64,000 bases of DNA from Candidatus Beckwithbacteria bacterium GW2011_GWC1_49_16 (GTDB lineage: Bacteria > Patescibacteriota > Microgenomatia > UBA1400 > CG1-02-47-37). This document shows, one piece after another, positions 47,761 through 56,440 of this stretch. Made by a program: the position numbers and the translations under genes. How positions within the stretch are numbered: the first letter of the stretch is position 1; each line of letters opens with the position of its first letter. The notes under the pieces are model-generated. The model did no database searches. It was not told the origin of the DNA and saw nothing but the letters and a program-made list of their open reading frames with translations. The stretch spans positions 193 to 64,192 of the forward strand of contig CP011210.1 of NCBI GenBank assembly GCA_001029675.1, read 5' to 3'.

Positions 47761-48975
47761 ATGACAGAACTTGTTGGCAATTATCCAGACGGGTTAGGCG
47801 AGAGACTGGGAGTGGATTTCGACCATAAGTTACTTTTTAGATTGAATCCGAAAATACATCGTGATCTATTTAAAGAAGAAGACATTAAAGCCAGATTCGA
47901 TGCTTTAAAGCCGGGTGAGAGTCTTTTTGCAGTGAGGTATCTTTCTAACAGTCTTACCAAAGAAGGCTTTTTTGAGTTAGCGACAGACCCCTCAGTTGGT
48001 TTAGACGAGCTGATTAAATGGCAGAAGAGACGAGTTTATTTATCTAAAGATATTTTTCCAGTTGAGTCTGAATTTTTTAGATTTGACCCCGACTCATGGC
48101 AGTCTGTGAGTAAACTTGATCGACTCCAAAGCGACGAAAGGTTTAGCCGGCTCGACTTGCGACCTGATGTCAGTAGGCACTTTTTGCCTTTAACCTTATT
48201 CGAAAGAACTAGTCCTTATGATGGTTGGTTAAATGTTGTCTTTGCCTGGAGTCTGACGCAGACGGATTTTCATGAACTAGGATTGACAAATGCGGCTAGT
48301 TTAGAAGCCTATGCAGAGGGTCAGGGTTCGGCAGTTGGCTGGGAAGCTTTGAAGTTTGGTTTAGCAGACTTGACTAGCAAAGTTTTAGTGAATGAGTTTA
48401 TTGAAAAGGGTTTGTTGCCTCCTGAGGGGTTGGAGGCGTTTTACTCTAATTCAGCTTTTTGGTTAAGGGAGGCAGCGGTTAAGTTTTCCTTTGGAAAAAA
48501 TTTAACTCCGCAAGGTATTTATCCATACTTGACTCACGAGTTACCCCGTTTGGATTTTTTGCCATACTTAGCCCAAAACCTGTTGGGGTATATGGTTGGT
48601 ATTCCGCAACACTTAAAGGCTGGGCAGGTGTTTAGCCCTCAGGCAATGCACTCTTTAATTAGCGAATTTAATGATTTTGGAGAAAGGGTAGTTAAAGAAG
48701 CAAGGGTCTACCAGCCGGAGGGATTGACAGGGTTAGATTGGATAGATATTAAATCAGCTCAGTGGTATATAAAAGCGATGATTGGGGTAAAGGACTATAT
48801 ATTGAGAAGAAATGAGCTTTGGGATAAGAGGACAGACGAGATGTATGTTCAAGAAGAAGGGGTGATCCCAGAAGTTGCCGGATTAAGACAGGAAATTTTA
48901 GCCAGCGGGGGTGATGTTTCTAAAACACGAATAGGTTTTGATGTTAAATACCGGTTGCAACCCGGGACGGAGTAA
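47761..48975 (+). CDS. Hypothetical protein (AT-richer)
   Basis: 404-aa ORF with TGGTATACT upstream; no motif recognised. Confidence 0.75.
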   Translation: MTELVGNYPDGLGERLGVDFDHKLLFRLNPKIHRDLFKEEDIKARFDALKPGESLFAVRYLSNSLTKEGFFELATDPSVGLDELIKWQKRRVYLSKDIFPVESEFFRFDPDSWQSVSKLDRLQSDERFSRLDLRPDVSRHFLPLTLFERTSPYDGWLNVVFAWSLTQTDFHELGLTNAASLEAYAEGQGSAVGWEALKFGLADLTSKVLVNEFIEKGLLPPEGLEAFYSNSAFWLREAAVKFSFGKNLTPQGIYPYLTHELPRLDFLPYLAQNLLGYMVGIPQHLKAGQVFSPQAMHSLISEFNDFGERVVKEARVYQPEGLTGLDWIDIKSAQWYIKAMIGVKDYILRRNELWDKRTDEMYVQEEGVIPEVAGLRQEILASGGDVSKTRIGFDVKYRLQPGTE

Positions 48976-48980
48976 CTTAG

Positions 48981-49370
48981 ATGTTGGTATCGGTTTTTGG
49001 CAACCCGGATTTAAAGGAAGATAGTTTGGTGGTGGGGTTGGTGCCGCAATTGCGCCGCCAGTTTCCTGGTGTTGAGTTTCGCATTGAGGATCCAAGCGAG
49101 GGACTGGCGCCACCCGAAGATGATTTGTGGGTGATTGTGGATGTGGCCGGTGGCATCGATGGGGTCAAAGTGCTTGACGACTTGGAGAGGCTTGACAGTC
49201 TGCGGCGGGCCAGCGTTCATGATTATGATTTGGCGATGGAGTTAAAGTTGTTGGCAAAACTGGGCAGGCTCAAAAAGTTTAAGATCATCGCCGTGCCTGT
49301 AGGAATGAGACAAAATGCTGCCCTGCAGGGAATTATAAAGGTTTTACAAGAAATTTCTAATTCCAGTTAA
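48981..49370 (+). CDS. Hydrogenase maturation protease-like protein (HyaD/HycI fold)
   Basis: FGNP...EDS, VIVDV, SVHD motifs; adjacent to the large subunit gene. Confidence 0.78.
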   Translation: MLVSVFGNPDLKEDSLVVGLVPQLRRQFPGVEFRIEDPSEGLAPPEDDLWVIVDVAGGIDGVKVLDDLERLDSLRRASVHDYDLAMELKLLAKLGRLKKFKIIAVPVGMRQNAALQGIIKVLQEISNSS

Positions 49371-50697
49371 TTTTCAAAAAGTGGCTGGCGCAGGACATGC
49401 AGGGGTCATAGGCGCGGATTAAGACTTCCATGTCGTGGGTGAGTTCTTGTTTTAATTCCACTCCGGGAGAGTCCATTCGGCCACTCCCGGAGTGTTTTTT
49501 CCCGGTGTGTTGTTGGAGTTTCCGGTTGACAAGGATTTTAAGGTCGTTTTCGATGTTTAATTGATTTTGGCCGGTGGGGACTAAGATTTCTGCGTCTTTG
49601 ACCACATTGTCTTCAATCGTCAGGCGGTGATAAAGAATACCCCGGGGGGCCTCGATGACGCCAAAGCCGGTACCCGAAATGACGGCAGGTTTAACCGGCG
49701 GTTCGGGGTTAAAACTGGTAGAAGATAAGATGGCAATAGAGTCGTCGATGGCATTTAAGATCTCGATGGCTTGGGCCAGGTTGTTGTGGTAGAGATTGTC
49801 GGAGGGGAATTTTTGTAAAGCCTGCGCGGCGTCTTTTTGGGTTTGGGGGTTTAAGGAGGCCTTATTGAGATTGAGTCGGGCCAAGGCGCCGGTCATGTAG
49901 AACCCCTTTTTGTAGGTGTAGGCAGAGGCGTGGGAGTAGGGCAGGTCGACTCGATTAAGTTGGCCGCGGTAGTCTTCGCTGGGAATGTTGATGCCGTCGG
50001 TAGAGACTATTTGGCCGGCAAGGAACGAGTAATTTTCTCCCCTTAAAGCCAGATAGGGGATGTGTTGGGTTTGATTTAGGGGGGCTTTGAGAAAAGTGTC
50101 GATGAGGTTGAGGACGGCCGGGCGGACGGCGGTAAGTTTGGCTATAATTTCTTTTTGTTTTTCCGGGTCAGGGAATTTTAAAAAGCCGCCGACGGTGGGA
50201 TAGGGGGCGTGAACGCTTCTGCCGCCGGTGAGAATAGACAGGTTGTTGCCGGCGTCTTTGACGGCAAAGGCGTCGTGCAAGAGTTGGTGCTGGCGGGGGT
50301 CTTGGTCGTCAAAATCTAGGAGTGAATCTTTTTGGAAGAGGTCGGGGAGGACGAAGATGTAAAGATGGAGGGCATGGTCTCGAATAATCAAACCATTTAC
50401 CACCAGGCGGCGCAAGATTAAGGTTTGAGGCGAGGGAGTAATTTTGAAAGCGTTTTCGACGGCTTTGATGGCAGCCAGAATGTGGGCATTACTACAGGTG
50501 CCGCAGATTCTGGCCAAAAGCGTCGGTGCGGCCAGCGCCGCTTTGCCGCGGATGGCTTGGGTGTAAAATCTTTTGTATTCGGTGATTTTGAAGTTTAATT
50601 TTTCGACTTGGCCGTTTCTGATGGTGAGGTCCAGGCCGGCACCGCCTTCGATTTTGCTGATTTCTTCTAAAGAGAGATCGAGGTTAATTTGGTGCAT
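49357..50697 (-). CDS. NiFe hydrogenase large subunit, group 3b-like
   Basis: KIEG, RICGTCSNAH, GGRSVH, TGALARL, EAPRGILYH, RAYDPCMSCASH plus a short C-terminal extension. Confidence 0.93.
   Translation of the reverse strand: MHQINLDLSLEEISKIEGGAGLDLTIRNGQVEKLNFKITEYKRFYTQAIRGKAALAAPTLLARICGTCSNAHILAAIKAVENAFKITPSPQTLILRRLVVNGLIIRDHALHLYIFVLPDLFQKDSLLDFDDQDPRQHQLLHDAFAVKDAGNNLSILTGGRSVHAPYPTVGGFLKFPDPEKQKEIIAKLTAVRPAVLNLIDTFLKAPLNQTQHIPYLALRGENYSFLAGQIVSTDGINIPSEDYRGQLNRVDLPYSHASAYTYKKGFYMTGALARLNLNKASLNPQTQKDAAQALQKFPSDNLYHNNLAQAIEILNAIDDSIAILSSTSFNPEPPVKPAVISGTGFGVIEAPRGILYHRLTIEDNVVKDAEILVPTGQNQLNIENDLKILVNRKLQQHTGKKHSGSGRMDSPGVELKQELTHDMEVLIRAYDPCMSCASHFLKINWN
49459..49494. repeat. Palindromic insertion in the hydrogenase large subunit gene
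   Basis: CACTCCGGGAG-N14-CTCCCGGAGTG; 36 nt, in frame. Confidence 0.85.
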
Positions 50698-51154
50698 GGA
50701 TTAATTTATTAATTAGGCTTAAGAATTTTTGTTCATCCATGGGGCAGCCGGGGACTGAGTGGTCGACGGCGACGAGGTCGGAGAGTTTTTGGACTTTGTC
50801 GGCGTAGTCAAAGCGCTCCAGAATGGTTTTTATTTCAGCCTTTTGGGTTTGGTTAAACTCGTTTCTTTGGGCCGAGGGTTGGCCGGTGATGGCGCAGGAG
50901 CCGATGGCGACTAAAATCTTAGCCAGGGAGCGAATCTGTTTGAGTTTTTGACTCTGCTTTACAGAGGAGATGGCCCCCTCGACAAAGGCGACATCCATGG
51001 GCCCCAAATCAACCGAGCGGCGTAAAGTTTTGGCGTATTTAAAGTCGATTTTTTTGGTCCAGTCCTGCCAGTGTTGGTTTAAAAGTTCGGTGAAGATGAT
51101 GGTGGAGTCTTCGCAGCAGGTGAAAGTGAACCAGCCGACGGTTAGTTTAGCCAT
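50684..51154 (-). CDS. NiFe hydrogenase small subunit, short single-cluster form
   Basis: FTCCEDS, DVAFVEGAI, VAIGSCA, VPGCP. Confidence 0.88.
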   Translation of the reverse strand: MAKLTVGWFTFTCCEDSTIIFTELLNQHWQDWTKKIDFKYAKTLRRSVDLGPMDVAFVEGAISSVKQSQKLKQIRSLAKILVAIGSCAITGQPSAQRNEFNQTQKAEIKTILERFDYADKVQKLSDLVAVDHSVPGCPMDEQKFLSLINKLIHAPN

Positions 51155-51193
51155 AGATAAAGTGTAGCAAATTTGCTATATTCAGGATACTTT

Positions 51194-52156
51194 ATGGAGA
51201 ATAGCTTAACGCTAGCCCTGTCCCATGCCACAGAGGTCGGAGCGATCGGCGCGGCTAGGGCGGCTGGGTTTGGCGATAAGAAGGGAGCGGATCGGGCAGC
51301 GGTTAAGGCGATGAGAAAGTTTTTCAATACGGTTGAGTTTAACGGTCGGGTAGTGATTGGCGAGGGGGAGAAGGATGAGGCGCCGATGCTTTATATCGGC
51401 GAAAAACTGGGAACGGGCAAGGGGATGGCGGTGGATATTGCGGTGGATCCTTTGGAAAACACTAACGCCACGGCTACTTTAGGCCCGAGGGCGATTTCGG
51501 TGCTGGCGGCAAGCGAGCGGGGGGGTTTGTTTCACTGCCCGGAAGTATATATGGACAAATTGGTGGTGGGCTCAGAGGCGGCGGGCAAGGTACACCTTGA
51601 CGTTAAACCCAAGGCCAACTTAAAAGCGCTGGCCCGCGCTTTAAACAGAGAGATACGAGATTTAGTGATCGTGGTTTTGGAGCGGGATAGAAACGAGGAG
51701 CTGGTAGCTAAAATTCGTGAGGCGGGAGCGAGAGTTAAACTCATTCCAGACGGCGACCTGATGCCGGGGATCGCCGCTTGTATGCGGGGGACCGGCGTGC
51801 ACGCGGTCATGGGCATTGGCGGGGCGCCGGAGGGGGTGGCGACAGCGGCGGCGATTCGGTGTCTTAAAGGTGAGCTTCAGGCCAGGTTTTGGCCCAAGAG
51901 CCAGGAAGAGGTAGATAAAATCAGAAAGATGGGCAAGTCAGAAAAAAAAGTTTATAGTCACGAGGATTTGGCCAGCGGCAAGCAAGTAATTTTTTGTGCC
52001 ACCGGAGTAACCAACGGTGATGTTTTACGCGGGGTGAGGTTTTTTGGCGGAGGGGCCAGAACCCACAGCTTGGTGATGAGCACCCAGACGGAGAAGGTAC
52101 GCTTTATCGATACTACCCATGTCTTTTCCAAAAAAGATATCAATTATCGCCTTTAA
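51194..52156 (+). CDS. glpX: Class II fructose-1,6-bisphosphatase
   Basis: VVIGEGEKDEAPMLYIGE, DIAVDPLE, YMDK, DGD, GGAPEGV, ATGVT.G. Confidence 0.96.
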   Translation: MENSLTLALSHATEVGAIGAARAAGFGDKKGADRAAVKAMRKFFNTVEFNGRVVIGEGEKDEAPMLYIGEKLGTGKGMAVDIAVDPLENTNATATLGPRAISVLAASERGGLFHCPEVYMDKLVVGSEAAGKVHLDVKPKANLKALARALNREIRDLVIVVLERDRNEELVAKIREAGARVKLIPDGDLMPGIAACMRGTGVHAVMGIGGAPEGVATAAAIRCLKGELQARFWPKSQEEVDKIRKMGKSEKKVYSHEDLASGKQVIFCATGVTNGDVLRGVRFFGGGARTHSLVMSTQTEKVRFIDTTHVFSKKDINYRL

Positions 52157-52165
52157 GGAGGGTTT

Positions 52166-53167
52166 ATGAACAAGACGAAGTTAGCTCAAACTGCCAAAAA
52201 GTTAGCGGCCCGGGGGAAGGGGATTTTGGCGGCAGACGAGAGCTCGGGGACGATTGAGAAGAGATTTAAGGATATCAATTTGCCCTCGACGGAAACAAAT
52301 CGACGGAATTGGCGGGAACTCTTGTTTACGGCGCCGGGGCTGGAGAAGTTTATCAGCGGGGTAATTTTGTTTGACGAAACGATCAGGCAGAAGGCTAGCA
52401 GTGGAACGGCTTTTGCCAAACTACTGAAAAGAAAAGGGGTAATTCCGGGGATCAAAGTGGACCAAAAGTCTCACTCTTTGGCCAACTTTTCTGAAGAAGA
52501 GGTAACCGAGGGTTTAGACGGCTTGCGGGACAGGTTGGCAGAGTATGCCAAATTGGGAGCAGAGTTTACTAAGTGGCGGGCGGTGATCACCATGGGCAAA
52601 GGTTTGCCGACAGATGAAGCGATTGGGGCTAACGCTCACGCACTAGCTCGCTACGCGGCTTTATCTCAAGAGGCCGGTTTGGTGCCGATCGTGGAACCGG
52701 AAGTGTTGATGAAAGGAACCCACACCATAGCGGCTCACGAGAAGGCTTCGAGGCGGACCTTGATGATTGTCTTCGATGAGCTGAAAAAGTACCGGATTTA
52801 TCTTCCGGGAATGCTCTTAAAAACCAACATGGCGGCCTCCGGGCTTGAGGCTAAGGCCCAAGCCAGCCCCAGACTGGTGGCTCAAGCCACCATCAGGCTG
52901 TTTAGAAAGACCGTTCCCGGCTCAGTGCCGGGAATTATGTTTTTGTCGGGGGGCTTGAGCCCGGAACAGGCTACGGTGAATCTTAACGCCATCAACAAAT
53001 TCTCCGGTCGGCGGATGCCCTGGGAGTTGTCTTATTCTTACGGCCGGGCGCTGCAGGGCGAGGCCTTGGAGATTTGGGGCGGTAGACCCAAAAATGTGGC
53101 CGCGGCCCAAAGGGCGTTTTTGGATAGGGCGGAGAAAGTGGCCTCGGCCCGGGAGGGCCAGTTATAA
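52166..53167 (+). CDS. Class I fructose-bisphosphate aldolase
   Basis: GKGILAADES, GVILFDET, GIKVD, KWRAV, PIVEPE, LLK.NM, FLSGG, SYGRALQ. Confidence 0.96.
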   Translation: MNKTKLAQTAKKLAARGKGILAADESSGTIEKRFKDINLPSTETNRRNWRELLFTAPGLEKFISGVILFDETIRQKASSGTAFAKLLKRKGVIPGIKVDQKSHSLANFSEEEVTEGLDGLRDRLAEYAKLGAEFTKWRAVITMGKGLPTDEAIGANAHALARYAALSQEAGLVPIVEPEVLMKGTHTIAAHEKASRRTLMIVFDELKKYRIYLPGMLLKTNMAASGLEAKAQASPRLVAQATIRLFRKTVPGSVPGIMFLSGGLSPEQATVNLNAINKFSGRRMPWELSYSYGRALQGEALEIWGGRPKNVAAAQRAFLDRAEKVASAREGQL

Positions 53168-53190
53168 ATAAATTCTTGAAAACTGTGAAG

Positions 53191-53964
53191 ATGTATAGAC
53201 AAGACAGCTGGTCTATTGCTGGGAAAAGGTTTAATTCTAGACTGTTGCATTGTTTTGGAAACGCAACAGATAAGATAGATTTAAAAACGGCTGTTGGGTT
53301 TATAAACAGAACAGAAACAGATTTTTTAACTGTTTATACCCAGGGAAGCTTAGATGATTTTAAGGACGCGGAAGAATTACCGATGGGGTACTCTGGGATA
53401 AGCTATGGAGATATTAAGCATTGGCTTAAGAGAAAATATACTATTTTGGTGAATACAAATCATGCATTAAGCGTAGAAGAGGCCGTGAAGAGGGGAGAGT
53501 TAGGCAGCAGGTTGTTAAAAAGCAGATGGATTAAGTTAGAGGTTTTGAATAAGAAATTGACCAGGCCGATGAATAAAAAGACAGCGAGGGCGGCTAAAAT
53601 ATTACTAAAAAAAGGTTATTTGGTAATGCCATTAATGACAGCTAATTTGAAAGATGCGTTAAGATTTGAAAAAATTGGTTGTAGTGTAGTTCGAGTTTTA
53701 TTGAGCGATATTGGATCGGAGCAGGGAATGAAAGATGAAAAACTGTTTAGAAAAATTTGTGAGAGAGTAACTATTCCGGTAATTGCAGAGGGGGGAATAG
53801 GTGGATCTGAAGATGCTTATAAGGCAATGGCGGTAGGAGCTTCGGCGGTGTTGGTAAATAAGTCATTATTTAGCTACCAGGACCCGTTTTTGTTTGTGGA
53901 GGCCTTGAAAAGTTCTATCAAGGGTGGGAGGTTAACATATTTGTGTAATCAGCAAAAATATTAA
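53191..53964 (+). CDS. Divergent ThiG-like (thiazole synthase family) TIM-barrel protein
   Basis: IAGKRFNSRL, NT....VEEAV, WIKLEVL, IGS.QG, PVIAEGGIG...DA..AM..GA.AVLVN. Confidence 0.8.
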   Translation: MYRQDSWSIAGKRFNSRLLHCFGNATDKIDLKTAVGFINRTETDFLTVYTQGSLDDFKDAEELPMGYSGISYGDIKHWLKRKYTILVNTNHALSVEEAVKRGELGSRLLKSRWIKLEVLNKKLTRPMNKKTARAAKILLKKGYLVMPLMTANLKDALRFEKIGCSVVRVLLSDIGSEQGMKDEKLFRKICERVTIPVIAEGGIGGSEDAYKAMAVGASAVLVNKSLFSYQDPFLFVEALKSSIKGGRLTYLCNQQKY

Positions 53965-54008
53965 TAAGTAGATATATAAACAGGAGGTTCGCCTGAGGCG
54001 AAGTAAGC

Positions 54009-55241
54009 ATGATTGATAAAAAGACATTACGGGACGTCGAGTTGACCGGTAAACGGGTGATTCATCACTGCGACTTTAACATCAAGTTAAAGCAGAATGG
54101 CGTGGGGCAAACGGTGCCGGTGTCGGATGTAAGGATCAAGGCTTACTTTCCGTCGATTTTTTATTTACTGGAAAAAAAGTGCAAGATTATTTTTATTTCG
54201 TATCTGGAACGGCCGGGAGGAAAAGTGGTGGAGGAGTTGAGGATGAAGCCGATTGCTAGGCGCTTATCAGAGCTTATTAACCGCGAAGTGAAGTATTTGC
54301 CCGAGACGGTGGGGCCTGATGTCAAAAAGTTTATCGACAAAATGCGTCCCGGGGAGATGGTGATGTTGGAGAATACCAGATTTTATCCGGGTGAAGAGGC
54401 TGATGACGATAAGTTTGCCAAGGCGCTAGCGGCAAACGGCGACCTGATGGTGGAGGATGCTTTTGGCCACTGCCACCGGGTGCACGCCTCGACCACCGGT
54501 ATTCCCAGGCACATTCCGGCAGTGGCGGGGTTGTACCTTGAAGGTGAGATGCAGACTTTTGATAAGTTAAAGAAAGACCCGAAAAGGCCCTTGGTGTTGA
54601 TTGTGGGAGGAACCAAGACTTATGACAAGATCCTGGCGGTGAGATACCTGATTGACCGGGCCGACCAGGTTTTAATCGGCGGAGCGGTGGCCAACATTTT
54701 TCTTAAAGCCCGCGGGGTGGATGTGGGCAGTTCGTTTATGGAAGAACCGTTTGTGGACAAGGCCAAAGGGACGAGGATCGACCCGGTAGATGAGGCTAAA
54801 AGACTGATGGAAAAGTATCCTGGTAAGATAATTTTGCCCGACGACTATGTGGCGGCCGACTCGGCCGAGAAACCGAAAAAGAAAAAAGTGATTGATTTTA
54901 AAAAGGGTCAAAAGCTGCCAACCGGTTGGGCTTTTTTGGATATCGGGCCGAGGACCATCAAGGAGAACTTGAGGATAATCAAGCAAGCCAAAACCGTTTT
55001 CTGGGACGGGCCGATGGGTAAATACGAGGATGCCAGGTTTCGCGCCGGAACGCTGGAGTTGGCCGAGGCGGTGGCCGAGAACGACAAAACGACGATTTTA
55101 GCCGGAGGCGACACGGCGGCCTTGGCGGAGAACTTCGGTCTTATCTTCCGTTACACCCACGTATCGATTGCCGGGGGAGCCACGCTAGAGTATCTGGCCG
55201 ATAAACCCATGCCGGGGATCGAGGCGTTGCTGGATAGGTAA
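54009..55241 (+). CDS. pgk: Phosphoglycerate kinase (divergent)
   Basis: DFN, LENTRF, DAFG..HR.HAS, GG.K..DK, LDIGP, GPMG, GGDT. Confidence 0.9.
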   Translation: MIDKKTLRDVELTGKRVIHHCDFNIKLKQNGVGQTVPVSDVRIKAYFPSIFYLLEKKCKIIFISYLERPGGKVVEELRMKPIARRLSELINREVKYLPETVGPDVKKFIDKMRPGEMVMLENTRFYPGEEADDDKFAKALAANGDLMVEDAFGHCHRVHASTTGIPRHIPAVAGLYLEGEMQTFDKLKKDPKRPLVLIVGGTKTYDKILAVRYLIDRADQVLIGGAVANIFLKARGVDVGSSFMEEPFVDKAKGTRIDPVDEAKRLMEKYPGKIILPDDYVAADSAEKPKKKKVIDFKKGQKLPTGWAFLDIGPRTIKENLRIIKQAKTVFWDGPMGKYEDARFRAGTLELAEAVAENDKTTILAGGDTAALAENFGLIFRYTHVSIAGGATLEYLADKPMPGIEALLDR

Positions 55242-55250
55242 ACTTATGAT

Positions 55251-55277
55251 AAACTCCTCCTTTGGAGGTAGGAGTTT
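55251..55277. promoter_or_regulatory. Putative Rrf2 operator, copy 2 (upstream of rrf2-suf)
   Basis: AAACTCCTCC-N7-GTAGGAGTTT. Confidence 0.72.
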
Positions 55278-55290
55278 GTCCTAAAGTGCT

Positions 55291-55686
55291 GTGTTTAGAA
55301 TTTCGCGCGAAACAGATTTAGGGTTGTTGCTAATGTCGGAACTAGCCCAAAATAGCGGGTCGGTAGGGCTTAAAGGCTGGGCGAAAGAAAAAGATTTGCC
55401 TTACCGGTTTTTGAGCAAAGTGGCGGTGAAACTCAAGAAAGCGGGGCTGATTGTCAGCCGGCAGGGGAGAAGCGGCGGCTACAAACTAGCCAAGACGGCG
55501 GAGACAATTTCGGCAGGAGAAGTAATTAGGGTGTTTGAGGGTAAGACGCTCCCGGTGGGGTGCATGAGGGGAAGAGACTGTGTGGCGGAAGGTTTTTGCG
55601 TCCACAAGGGGCTGATGGGCAGGGTAGCCAGCGTGGTTGATGACCGGCTTGACCAGGTGAGTTTGGCAGAATTGGTAAGGGGATAG
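55291..55686 (+). CDS. Rrf2 family regulator (IscR/SufR-like, three Cys)
   Basis: LKKAGLIVSRQGRSGGYKLA, C-x5-C-x5-C. Confidence 0.93.
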   Translation: MFRISRETDLGLLLMSELAQNSGSVGLKGWAKEKDLPYRFLSKVAVKLKKAGLIVSRQGRSGGYKLAKTAETISAGEVIRVFEGKTLPVGCMRGRDCVAEGFCVHKGLMGRVASVVDDRLDQVSLAELVRG

Positions 55687-55690
55687 ATAA

Positions 55691-56440
55691 ATGTTGGTGA
55701 TCGAAAATCTCAAGGTTAAGGCAGAGGGCAAACTGATTCTTAGCGGGGTGAACCTGACGATTAAACCGGGTGAGGTGGTGGCAGTGATGGGGCCGAACGG
55801 GTCGGGTAAGAGCACGCTGGCGTATAGTTTGGCGGGGCACCCTAACTATACAGTAGTAAATTCGAAGCACGAAGCACGAAATCCGAAAGCGTTTTTGAAC
55901 GGGAAGAATCTGTTAAAGATGAGTCCGGACGAGCGGGCCAAGGCCGGGTTGTTTTTGGCCTTTCAGTATCCGGTGGGGGTGGCAGGGGTGACTTTAAACA
56001 GTTTTTTGAGGCTAGCTTTCGAACAGGTAAAAGGGAAGAAAATGGCTCCGTTTGAGTTTAGAAAAAAGCTTTTCAAGGCAGCCCGCGAGTTGAAAATTAA
56101 ACAAGAACTTTTGGAGCGATCGGTGAATGAGGGTTTTTCCGGAGGAGAGAAAAAGAAAGCGGAGGTGTTGCAGCTGGCTATCCTTGCTCCCAAGTACGCC
56201 ATTTTAGACGAGACCGATTCTGGTTTGGACATCGACGCTTTGAGACAGGTAGCCGAGGGAGTCAACCGGGTAAGGAATAAAAATCCCAAAATGGGAGTGA
56301 TTTTGATTACTCACTATCAAAGGATTTTAAAATACATTGAGCCTGACCGGGTGGTGGTGATCAAGGCGGGGAAAGTGGTTAAAGAGGGAGGGAGAGAATT
56401 GGTTAACCAGCTGGAGGAGAAAGGCTATGAAGGGATTTAA
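55691..56440 (+). CDS. sufC: Fe-S assembly ATPase
   Basis: [45 protein letters not shown]. Confidence 0.97.
   Translation: MLVIENLKVKAEGKLILSGVNLTIKPGEVVAVMGPNGSGKSTLAYSLAGHPNYTVVNSKHEARNPKAFLNGKNLLKMSPDERAKAGLFLAFQYPVGVAGVTLNSFLRLAFEQVKGKKMAPFEFRKKLFKAARELKIKQELLERSVNEGFSGGEKKKAEVLQLAILAPKYAILDETDSGLDIDALRQVAEGVNRVRNKNPKMGVILITHYQRILKYIEPDRVVVIKAGKVVKEGGRELVNQLEEKGYEGI
55856..55890 (+). repeat. Heptamer array inside sufC
   Basis: GTAAATT CGAAGCA CGAAGCA CGAAATC CGAAAGC, encoding [10 protein letters not shown]. Confidence 0.85.
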
